A stretch of DNA of 64,000 nucleotides from a virus (lineage: Duplodnaviria; Caudoviricetes), in the IMG/VR virus record IMGVR_UViG_3300028833_003520; one strand, 5' to 3'. The notes beneath the pieces were generated by a model that was not told the DNA's origin, searched no databases, and saw nothing but the letters and a program-made list of their open reading frames with translations. Each line of letters opens with the position of its first letter. The stretch's first letter is position 1. Of the stretch, positions 55,770 through 64,000 are shown piece by piece. The position numbers and the translations under genes are program-made.

Positions 55770-57659
55770 ATGGGAATTAGAGCAGACGCAAAAGAACGTA
55801 AGAAGAGGAAGAAGGAAGGTCGTTTCAATTTCGAATCCTATCCTCATCTTCTTGCTATGAAGCCTTCTGAGAAGTATGTATTTCATAGCGACTATTTTGA
55901 AATTGACGATTCTGTTGCAACGATATTGGCATTTTTCCATATCGAAGGTGCAACAGATAATTTTGGTGTGTTTTGGGGTATTAACCGTATTCCCTCTGGT
56001 CTTGACCAAGATGTTTCAACATATTGTTTCGAGGGCATTCATAGAATGGACGAGGGTTGGCTTGCAGGTCATCAGTCTCAGGCTGAATCTGTAGCACAGA
56101 TGAATGCGAAGGAGCAGGGTCAGGCTGGTACAAACACAACTAAAATGAATGCTTCTCGTAAGGAACAAGACCTTATGACAATAGCAAGAGAACTTCAGGA
56201 TGGTGCATCATATCTTCAGTGTCAGTATAGAATTATGGTTAAGGCACCTACTCTTGAGAAGTTGGATAAGGCTGTCGAGAAGATTGGCAGACTTTACATC
56301 GACCGATTTGCTACTCTTGAAGCCGTTCCTTATCACGGAGAGCAGAAAAGAGAGTTATCAACGCTGTTTTCACCTGTCGATAAGAAGTTAGGACACGGCT
56401 TCTACTATACGTCAACAGAGTATGCAGGTTCATATAGCATCGTTACTCACGGTCTCGAAGACCCTGGCGGAGAGTATGTTGGCTATATGATTGGTGATGT
56501 AAACAACTCTGCTGTGTTGTTTGATATCAACAAGTATGACCATCACGTTATCGTTGCAAACGAGAACTACGACGAAGAACTTGAAAGAGCACACGTCGCA
56601 GATGTGTGGGGTAGCAAGATTTCACAGTCTTGTCTTTTAGACGACCATCGAGTAGTACATATGATACTTGATGGTGCGAATCTTGATATCCTCGGACCTA
56701 AGTTCGATAATTTCACATATCGTCTTGACTTAAATCACGGTGATGTCAATATGTTCGAGATGTTCGGTGAAGTTGACGAAGAGTTGTCTATCTTCCCTCA
56801 GCAGATGCAGAAGTTAATTCTGATGGCAGAGCAGGCATACGAGTCAAACGAACACGATAGAGCAATCATCAGAGGTACTCTTGAGGAAATTGCGACAGAG
56901 TTCTATGTTCAGCAGAATATGTGGAAGCGTGATGCTAAAAGGCAGAGAGAGAAACTCCGTGTTGTAGGTATTCCTCACGACCAAGTACCGAAACTTCAGA
57001 TATTCGTATCATATCTTGATACAGAATATAAGAAGATGGCAAATACAAGCGTTCGTGATGACGAGAGACTTCACGCAGTATCAGTTCTTCGTGCAACATT
57101 CAAGAATATGCTTGATAACAATGGTGACTTGTTCAATACCATTACAAGCGACAGCATTGATGGAGCGAAGGCAGGTCGTAGAGTTATCTATGACTTCTCG
57201 CAACTTAAGTTGCGTGGTCAGGGTATTGCTATGGCACAGTTCGTCAATATCATTGGTTTTGCTGCAGGTAACCTTGGTCTTGGTGATACAATCATCATTC
57301 ACGGAGCAGAGACGATTGATAATAATGTCAAGAGTTATGTTAATACACAGTTCTCCAAACTGTGGGATAAGGGCGGAAGAGTAGTTTACCTTTACAACAA
57401 TATTGACAAGATGCTTGCAGATAAGGAATTCTCTCACTTTGACAAGGCAGATTATGTCATTATGGGTAATATGTCACAGTCCAATGTCGATGTTTATCAG
57501 AAGGAAATGGGACAGGAAATACCTCCTGACCTTGTAAATCTTGTAACGACAAAAGCCGACGCTATATGTTATATTAGAAGAGACTTTGATAATGTAGTTT
57601 TCCGTCAGAATCTACAGTTAGGCATCGACGCACATAGAAAGGAGAGAAATAGACTATGA
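55770..57659 (+). CDS. VirB4-like protein with degenerate Walker motifs
   Basis: GEYVG...AVLFD..HHVIV layout and IYDFS motif in T4SS context; no GxxGxGK. Confidence 0.55.
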   Translation: MGIRADAKERKKRKKEGRFNFESYPHLLAMKPSEKYVFHSDYFEIDDSVATILAFFHIEGATDNFGVFWGINRIPSGLDQDVSTYCFEGIHRMDEGWLAGHQSQAESVAQMNAKEQGQAGTNTTKMNASRKEQDLMTIARELQDGASYLQCQYRIMVKAPTLEKLDKAVEKIGRLYIDRFATLEAVPYHGEQKRELSTLFSPVDKKLGHGFYYTSTEYAGSYSIVTHGLEDPGGEYVGYMIGDVNNSAVLFDINKYDHHVIVANENYDEELERAHVADVWGSKISQSCLLDDHRVVHMILDGANLDILGPKFDNFTYRLDLNHGDVNMFEMFGEVDEELSIFPQQMQKLILMAEQAYESNEHDRAIIRGTLEEIATEFYVQQNMWKRDAKRQREKLRVVGIPHDQVPKLQIFVSYLDTEYKKMANTSVRDDERLHAVSVLRATFKNMLDNNGDLFNTITSDSIDGAKAGRRVIYDFSQLKLRGQGIAMAQFVNIIGFAAGNLGLGDTIIIHGAETIDNNVKSYVNTQFSKLWDKGGRVVYLYNNIDKMLADKEFSHFDKADYVIMGNMSQSNVDVYQKEMGQEIPPDLVNLVTTKADAICYIRRDFDNVVFRQNLQLGIDAHRKERNRL

Positions 57660-60600
57660 TTAAGGTATCGAGAACACAGAAAATTATGGCAAGACTTGTA
57701 GGAGTTCTTGCTGTAGTTATGCTGTGTTTCGGCGTTACTTCAACTGTCGCACACGCAGATGGTATCTTAAACGACGTTTGGACCACAGGTGTAAACGCCG
57801 TTTCTTCCATCTGTAGAACGGTCGTAGGATGGGTCGGTGGTAGTGCAGTTGAAGGTGGCTCAGGTCAAGCCGCTGAGGAAGAGGGTGTTGCATCCGCAAT
57901 CGGCTTTGAGGATATTGGTAGATGGTCTGCCGCATATCTTTCAACGAATATGCAACCTGACGAAGATGGTGATGTACCTGGTGCTAAAGCCTTGAACCCT
58001 AACTATCAGGGTGATAAGGATGTTGATGCAGGAGACGCAGGTGTATTTGTAGCCTATGTCGGTAAGTCTTGGATTAGTTCACTCAACACGATTTCATCTG
58101 TTGGTGTTTCTTATTCAACATATTACAAGGTTCCTGTATCAAAGAATGGTAATAAGACTTCAAATTCCATTTATCAGTATTGTAACTATGGTTACGTATT
58201 GGGACAGATGGGACTTGATAAGTCATCTTCAGGTAGTGTATCTATTGGTTCGAAGATACAGGGTTATGTTGTTTTAGGTCTTTATTATGCAGCAATCGGC
58301 GTTGACGCATTGTTCTATGTCGTAATGAAGATACTTAAAGTTCTTAATCCGTTTATGTGGTTCGTCAAAGGTGTAAACACTGCCGTAGGTAATAATGCAG
58401 GAAGTGTTAAAACACCAGACGGCGGTACGGCTGACTGGTCGTTGATGCAAAATTATGATACTGACCCTGCATTTCAGAAGGACGGTCTTGCTGGGCTTGC
58501 CACAGGAGCCTTTAGTGGTCTTCAGGACTTCTTAGGTACTTGGTATGCTGCTATTTATGACTTCTCTTGGGCAGTTCTTGTTCCATTCTTCTTTGCGGCA
58601 CTTCTCGTATCACTTATTCTGTATAGACATACAGGAAAGTGGAAGAGTAAGTTAAAGAAGTATATTATCAGGGTTGCATTCTTGGTCATTGGTATTCCTT
58701 TACTTGGCGGTATTTATACAGCCGCATTGGACAAGATGTCTAATTCACTTAATCCAAATACTTCTCCTGCAACGAAGATTGTATGTTCGACATTTATTGA
58801 TTTCGAGGCTTGGGCTTCAAGAGGTAGATTATCGCTTTATACAAGAAGCACAAGTGGTACAACAATTACTACGGCAATGCCCTTAAATATTGATATTGCG
58901 GCAAGCGGTATGTATGAACCTACTGCTGTAGAACTTATCAATGTTAGAAATAGAGCGTATGAGATTAACAACACTTATGCGATGCCTATTGATATGGGTA
59001 ATCCTTTGTTTACATCGTATGATAATTCATCAGGACACGCTGTTGAAAATGTTTTGTCAACGTCTAATATGGATGTATCCGATAAAGCAACAGGTAACTG
59101 TGCAGCCGTTATCAATATGCTTACAAGATTCTCTGAAGGTAAGTATTATACGGCGGCTGAGTTTGAGGGTTCCGCAAAATCAGCACTGTCCAGTTGGATT
59201 TCAAGCGACGAGAAAGGTAACTGTGTACTTAATCAGTTTCAGACTATCTGTGACGTAAGTTCTTGGTGGGTTACAACAGATAGTGATGACGATGCATTTG
59301 AAGATGCTATCGAGTCTCACAGAAAGCGTTTCTCAAGCCTTAAGCACTTTGGTGATGAGCAGGAGAAGGGCGGAGACTTGCTTATCGAGAATAAAGGCTC
59401 CAAGAGTTACTATGTTAATATCTATGCAAATGGTGGTATTCAGTATAGTGATAAGAAGTTTACAGAAACTTCAGGTAGCCACGTTTATCCTTGGTTTGAC
59501 GTTAGTTATAAGACAATGCCTATTCCTGGCTATTCTGCACAGACTTATACGGCAACAGTGTTCTCTGCTAAATCAGAGACACCTTCACAGGCAGTTGAAC
59601 CTGGCATACACGATAACAATTCAAAGCCTTATGGTTTGTCAACTTGCTCAATGTATAATTATCTGAATACTTCATTCCACGATGGTATGACACTGTATTC
59701 GCCTTCTGATACTCCGACGCTTTGGGCGAGAGAGAATCATAGGTCAGTTAACATTGTAGGTAATGGCTTTGTTTCATTCCTTATGTGGCTTAACTGTGTA
59801 ACAATGCTTCTTTGCTATGCGGTAATCGGTTATTTCTATGGATTTGGTATGCTTCTTGCAAATATTGGAAGAACATTCCAAGTTGTTAAGGCAGTACCGT
59901 TCGCAATGCTTGGTAGTCTTAAGTCAATTGCAGAATTGATTACTTATACGATAGTAATGATTTTGGAAATCATCTTGACGATTTTCCTTTATTCATTCGT
60001 GGCAGAGATTATGTTTACAATCCCTGACCTTATTACTTCGCCTATGGCGGCTGCATTGAAGACTTCTTATGGTACACAAGGTAAGACAGCATATTCAATC
60101 ATTATGCCTGTTACCCTTATTGTTCTTATCATCTTCTATTCTTGGTTTATGGTAAAGGCAATCAAGATGCGTAAGAAGTTTATCAAGGCTATGGATGAAG
60201 CGGCACAGGAAATTGTTAACAAGTTTATCGGTGTTCGTGGTGACGCTCTTGCAGACGGTGCTCCTAATTCTTCTGCAAATGTTAATACAAAGAACAGTGG
60301 TGGATTTGGTAAGGGTGCTCTTGTTGGTGCAGGTGCAGGTCTTGGTGGTGCGGCTCTTCTTGGAGCAAACGGAAAGAAGGACGCTAAAACTAACGCTGAT
60401 GGCGTATCGGGTAGAGACGGTTCAAGCGGTAAGAATGGCAAGAATGGTTTTACAAAGAATGCCGAAGCCAACAAGAATCCGTTACTGCCTACAGGTGCAG
60501 CCTTAGGTTTGGCAAGTGGTGCTGGTTTCAGTGTTGATGCTGATGAAGACCTTAGGGATAGAGCAGTGGCAGGTAACCTCGACGGCAATCTTGACGGTGA

Positions 60601-61675
60601 GTATAACGAGAATTACGGTATGCTTACAGACGGTAAGGATGTTAGCGGTTACGATGAAACTGGTCTCCCGAAGGGTGGTTACGATGCTCAGGGCAATGCT
60701 CTTAATGAGTATGGTCAGCCTATTGACGCAGAAGGTAAGCCTCTTACAGATAAGTCAGGCAGACTTGTTTACTCTGATGCAAATGGTAACCTTGTTAACC
60801 AAGACGGTCATATCGTTGATAATTACGGTAATGTTGTTACTGATAAGCACGGCAAGCCTATTGAGGCAAATAGCAGACAGGCTAATAAGATGGCAGAGCA
60901 GGCACAGAAGCAGGTTTCTGCAAATCCTCAAGGTCCTGTGAATGGTAGATTACCGAATGGTGCTACTCCTTCTGGAGCACTTCCGAGTGGAGCAAATCCG
61001 ACTCAGACTGCACAGCAGGTAGGTCAGGCAGGATTACCGAGTGGTCAGAATGGACAAGTTCAGGCGAATGCACCTCAGGTACAGGCACCGAGAACTGTTC
61101 AGCAGACAGGTGCTCCTCATAAGCAGCCTTACAATCCTGCACAGAGCACACAACAGGTTCAGAGTGGTGTTCAGCAACCGAAGGTTCAGAATGTACAGCA
61201 GAATGCACAGCATACTGTTCGTAGCACACCTGTAACACCTACTCAGGTTAATAGACAGGCACAGAATGTTCAGCAACAGACTGCACAGTCAGTACCTCAG
61301 TCGCATCAGGTGGCTCAACAGCAGGCAATAAGGAATGCTCAACAGGCTCCTCAACAGAGTCAGACAAGACAGCCTTACAATCCTGCACAGCAGAATCGCC
61401 CTCAACAGACACAGCAAGCACCTCGTAGTGTAAGCGGTGGCAGAGTAGTATCACAGAATAATACTCCGAGGGTATCACAGCCTCAGATGCCTCAGCCGAG
61501 AGTTTCTCAGCCTCAAGCACCGAGAAATGTACCTCAACCTCAGGCAAGACCGCAGAATGTTCCTCAGCCGAAGGTTCAGAATGTACCTCAGCCTCAGGTT
61601 CCTCAGCCTCCGACGGGTGGTAGCGGAGTAAGGAATGCTCAGCCTAATCCCGATAAAAAGGGCGATGACAAGTAA
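57656..61675 (+). CDS. VirB6-like polytopic membrane protein with long Gly- and Gln/Pro-rich tail
   Basis: Signal peptide, ~7 TM segments, low-complexity C-terminal third. Confidence 0.65.
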   Translation: MIKVSRTQKIMARLVGVLAVVMLCFGVTSTVAHADGILNDVWTTGVNAVSSICRTVVGWVGGSAVEGGSGQAAEEEGVASAIGFEDIGRWSAAYLSTNMQPDEDGDVPGAKALNPNYQGDKDVDAGDAGVFVAYVGKSWISSLNTISSVGVSYSTYYKVPVSKNGNKTSNSIYQYCNYGYVLGQMGLDKSSSGSVSIGSKIQGYVVLGLYYAAIGVDALFYVVMKILKVLNPFMWFVKGVNTAVGNNAGSVKTPDGGTADWSLMQNYDTDPAFQKDGLAGLATGAFSGLQDFLGTWYAAIYDFSWAVLVPFFFAALLVSLILYRHTGKWKSKLKKYIIRVAFLVIGIPLLGGIYTAALDKMSNSLNPNTSPATKIVCSTFIDFEAWASRGRLSLYTRSTSGTTITTAMPLNIDIAASGMYEPTAVELINVRNRAYEINNTYAMPIDMGNPLFTSYDNSSGHAVENVLSTSNMDVSDKATGNCAAVINMLTRFSEGKYYTAAEFEGSAKSALSSWISSDEKGNCVLNQFQTICDVSSWWVTTDSDDDAFEDAIESHRKRFSSLKHFGDEQEKGGDLLIENKGSKSYYVNIYANGGIQYSDKKFTETSGSHVYPWFDVSYKTMPIPGYSAQTYTATVFSAKSETPSQAVEPGIHDNNSKPYGLSTCSMYNYLNTSFHDGMTLYSPSDTPTLWARENHRSVNIVGNGFVSFLMWLNCVTMLLCYAVIGYFYGFGMLLANIGRTFQVVKAVPFAMLGSLKSIAELITYTIVMILEIILTIFLYSFVAEIMFTIPDLITSPMAAALKTSYGTQGKTAYSIIMPVTLIVLIIFYSWFMVKAIKMRKKFIKAMDEAAQEIVNKFIGVRGDALADGAPNSSANVNTKNSGGFGKGALVGAGAGLGGAALLGANGKKDAKTNADGVSGRDGSSGKNGKNGFTKNAEANKNPLLPTGAALGLASGAGFSVDADEDLRDRAVAGNLDGNLDGEYNENYGMLTDGKDVSGYDETGLPKGGYDAQGNALNEYGQPIDAEGKPLTDKSGRLVYSDANGNLVNQDGHIVDNYGNVVTDKHGKPIEANSRQANKMAEQAQKQVSANPQGPVNGRLPNGATPSGALPSGANPTQTAQQVGQAGLPSGQNGQVQANAPQVQAPRTVQQTGAPHKQPYNPAQSTQQVQSGVQQPKVQNVQQNAQHTVRSTPVTPTQVNRQAQNVQQQTAQSVPQSHQVAQQQAIRNAQQAPQQSQTRQPYNPAQQNRPQQTQQAPRSVSGGRVVSQNNTPRVSQPQMPQPRVSQPQAPRNVPQPQARPQNVPQPKVQNVPQPQVPQPPTGGSGVRNAQPNPDKKGDDK

Positions 61676-61745
61676 TAGTGGATAAATGCTCATATATGGG
61701 GAGAATGCAATGTTTTCTCCATATATGAGAAATTCACATTTTCTG

Positions 61746-61774
61746 TTGACTTTGTGTAGAATGAACACTATAAT
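61746..61774 (+). promoter_or_regulatory. Sigma-A promoter of pilin-like gene
   Basis: TTGACT-17-TATAAT; paired operator variants at 61687-61731. Confidence 0.85.
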
Positions 61775-61835
61775 AAATTTGTGAATGGGTGACCATTCAG
61801 ATTTTGCAAAATCTAAAGAAAGGAGAACGGTTGCT

Positions 61836-62246
61836 ATGGAACTTAACATTATCTCGATGGCGTGGGACATTAGTAATTTTCTTAAGAACGCTAAGAATAC
61901 ACTGTCAACTTGGGGTGGTTATCTCTTTATGCTTTTCGGTGTAGTTCTTATTATCGTCGGCATCTTCCAGATTGTTAAAAAGTTCGTTGCTCCGAATTCG
62001 GCACCTGGTGGTTGGGCTATGCCTATCGTTATGCTGATTATCGGCGGTGCTCTTGCAGTAGGCGGTTGGTCATTCGTCTTCAATATCGCTCAGGGCGGTA
62101 AGCAGACAATTGAAGACCTCGGTGCTGGTAAGCAAGATACAGCAGCAACAGGTGCTACAGTTAAGACCATTGTTAATATGCTTCCTTATTACAAGGATTG
62201 CCTTGCTAACATTGGTGTTCTGGACTTCATTAAAACAATGTTTTAA
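61836..62246 (+). CDS. VirB2-like pilin / small 2-TM conjugation protein
   Basis: Two Gly-rich TM helices, monocistronic with strong promoter and terminator. Confidence 0.6.
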   Translation: MELNIISMAWDISNFLKNAKNTLSTWGGYLFMLFGVVLIIVGIFQIVKKFVAPNSAPGGWAMPIVMLIIGGALAVGGWSFVFNIAQGGKQTIEDLGAGKQDTAATGATVKTIVNMLPYYKDCLANIGVLDFIKTMF

Positions 62247-62278
62247 TTGAAATCGTAGCCTAAACGATAACAAACAAG

Positions 62279-62312
62279 AGTTCCTGTATGACAACATACA
62301 GGAACTTTTTTT
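62279..62312 (+). terminator. Intrinsic terminator
   Basis: AGTTCCTGTATG/CATACAGGAACT + T-tract. Confidence 0.9.
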
Positions 62313-62444
62313 ATCCGTAGCAATATATCAAAAAATGCTCATTTATGAAAGAAATGAGTTGAAAAGGATAAGTATTCGTGTTAGAATCGGAAGTAGAATT
62401 TTGAATTGTGTTTATATCCATTTCAGGAAGGAGAATAGAGAAGA

Positions 62445-63740
62445 ATGAGCAAAGCAGGTAATCTTATTAAAAGATTAACGGATAAGCACCGTAAGATTGA
62501 AAGATTTGGCGTTTTGGCTCTTGTCGGAATTATTGCTCTCGGTAGTGTAACTGGCACAATCCTCGTTAAGAATTATAAGGATAAGCATCAGCAGTTATCA
62601 ACGCAAGCCGTTTATACTGTTGATTTTGAGATGTCTCGAAGTCACACTACGGGTAAGGTTGTTGATGTTTACACTAATGCAAACAAGACAAGTGCTCTCT
62701 TACTGTTGAAATTTGACGATATGGCTCATATGTCAACAGACGCAAACAATTATGTTTGCTTTTTAAGAGGTTACGACCCTAATAAGGGTAAGGAACCTCT
62801 TGAGTCACATCCTGCGTGTGCATTGTATGTATTTGGTACTACAGGCTATGTAGGACTTCATATGGTCGATAAAAACGGTTTCCCTAATCAGATTGAATAT
62901 CTGACTATTCGTAACGATAAGGAACTCGTAGAGGTCAATGATGGACAGGTTGCGGAGAGTGGAAGTCAGTATGATGTTTACGATTTGACCGATATTTATT
63001 TCAATCCTGGTGCTGCAGGAACAACTGTTGTTGAGTGTCTCAACAACGAGGTAGTTACTGTTAAGGATATGTATGAAGAGTGTATTGCTCGTTCAAGAGA
63101 GCAGGAACTCAGAGCCGTACTTGAAGATGATTTACTTCAGATGCGTACAACAATGGTACAGATATCCGAGTACGAGCAGAGACTCGTAAATATGGATATT
63201 GCTCTCAATACACCTTATGGTGCTATCGCAGGGGACTACATTGTTAATAAGGATGGCTTGACTGTTGGTAGTCTTGATTATCAGGCACAGTTAGCAGACT
63301 ATGTTGACGGAGAACATTTAAGGTTAATGTCAAATACAGTATGCGTTGGTGGTGTTGATTTCGATTGGTATAACGGAAGTATTCACGAAGGTTATATCAA
63401 CTCATTGAGAGGCGATATGACTCCACAGCAGTATATCAATAGTATTATGATACCACCTGAAGGTTCGGAAGATGATAAGCAGATTCCTGATAAGTGGTAT
63501 TTCTTGTCTTCTGGTCAAGAATTTACACTTGTAAGTCAGGGCGGTAAGTTTAATCAGACTGCAACTGATATTCAGACGCAGATTGGTTATTTGACAACCG
63601 CTTGGAATACTTACTATAGTATAAAGCAGAAGTATGAATGCACTGATTTAATCAATCTTCTTGACCTTGATTATGAGGTAATGAGTGTAGAGAATAACTT
63701 TACAATCAATAATAGAGCAAGTGCTTTTATTATCAGTTAA
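62445..63740 (+). CDS. Membrane-anchored transfer-region protein
   Basis: N-terminal TM; promoter TTGAAA-17-TAGAAT at 62359. Confidence 0.75.
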   Translation: MSKAGNLIKRLTDKHRKIERFGVLALVGIIALGSVTGTILVKNYKDKHQQLSTQAVYTVDFEMSRSHTTGKVVDVYTNANKTSALLLLKFDDMAHMSTDANNYVCFLRGYDPNKGKEPLESHPACALYVFGTTGYVGLHMVDKNGFPNQIEYLTIRNDKELVEVNDGQVAESGSQYDVYDLTDIYFNPGAAGTTVVECLNNEVVTVKDMYEECIARSREQELRAVLEDDLLQMRTTMVQISEYEQRLVNMDIALNTPYGAIAGDYIVNKDGLTVGSLDYQAQLADYVDGEHLRLMSNTVCVGGVDFDWYNGSIHEGYINSLRGDMTPQQYINSIMIPPEGSEDDKQIPDKWYFLSSGQEFTLVSQGGKFNQTATDIQTQIGYLTTAWNTYYSIKQKYECTDLINLLDLDYEVMSVENNFTINNRASAFIIS

Positions 63741-63783
63741 TGGAACAACCTATTTTTACAATAGGTAGGACGAGGTAGTAACT

Positions 63784-64000
63784 ATGGCGTTTCAGAAGAA
63801 TTCTGATAAAACCAATAGCGACGAGAGAGACCAGTCACAGGCTAATGAGAATGAGAAGGACACTACAAGGTCCAATAGTTCTTCAGAGAGTGACAAGGGT
63901 TCCTCGGATAAGGGTGAAAAATCTAATGAACAGCCTGAACGCAAGTCAGAAAAATCTGGCTTGCGTAAGGTCGTTCCAAATGTAGATGGTGATGCTCATA
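63784..64000 (+). CDS. Partial CDS (MAFQKNSDK...), truncated by window end
   Basis: GAGGT RBS, open to the end of the window. Confidence 0.65.
   Translation, partial: MAFQKNSDKTNSDERDQSQANENEKDTTRSNSSSESDKGSSDKGEKSNEQPERKSEKSGLRKVVPNVDGDAH

Overview
A 64-kb segment of a large, low-GC conjugative element (megaplasmid or ICE) from a Firmicute, probably Clostridia; this is inferred from AAAGGAG RBSs, sigma-A promoters and a class B sortase. The left ~20.6 kb is a dense minus-strand run of ~50 small, mostly unknown genes typical of a leading/establishment region. It includes an AAA ATPase, a VWA protein, a 2H phosphoesterase, DUF4313, HIRAN and alpha-CTD-like proteins, and a tRNA cluster (Lys-UUU, Gln-UUG and two aberrant tRNA-like genes). 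The centre holds a non-coding cassette array (20.7-21.6 kb), a PcfJ-like gene, a 2-kb structured non-coding region, ssb, a ParR/ParM-type partition locus, RNase HI and a ~330-nt promoter/terminator-bounded structured RNA. The right half encodes a 3517-aa sortase-anchored adhesin, an HD (RelA/SpoT-type) hydrolase, SrtB, a type IA topoisomerase and a Gram-positive T4SS block (VirB3-, degenerate VirB4-, VirB6- and VirB2-like). No relaxase, coupling protein, Rep, integrase or phage structural gene was recognised. The main novel signal has two parts. First, a conserved element (CAMARRT box, then a hairpin with covarying stem and GNNCA loop that folds only on the + / template strand) heads the minus-strand transcription units. 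Second, some of those units encode no protein; they appear to be short terminator-ended RNAs antisense to the RBS/5'UTR of the element's own genes. Together these suggest a candidate ssDNA-hairpin promoter plus anti-RBS sRNA array controlling establishment genes. All calls were made by eye, without database searches.
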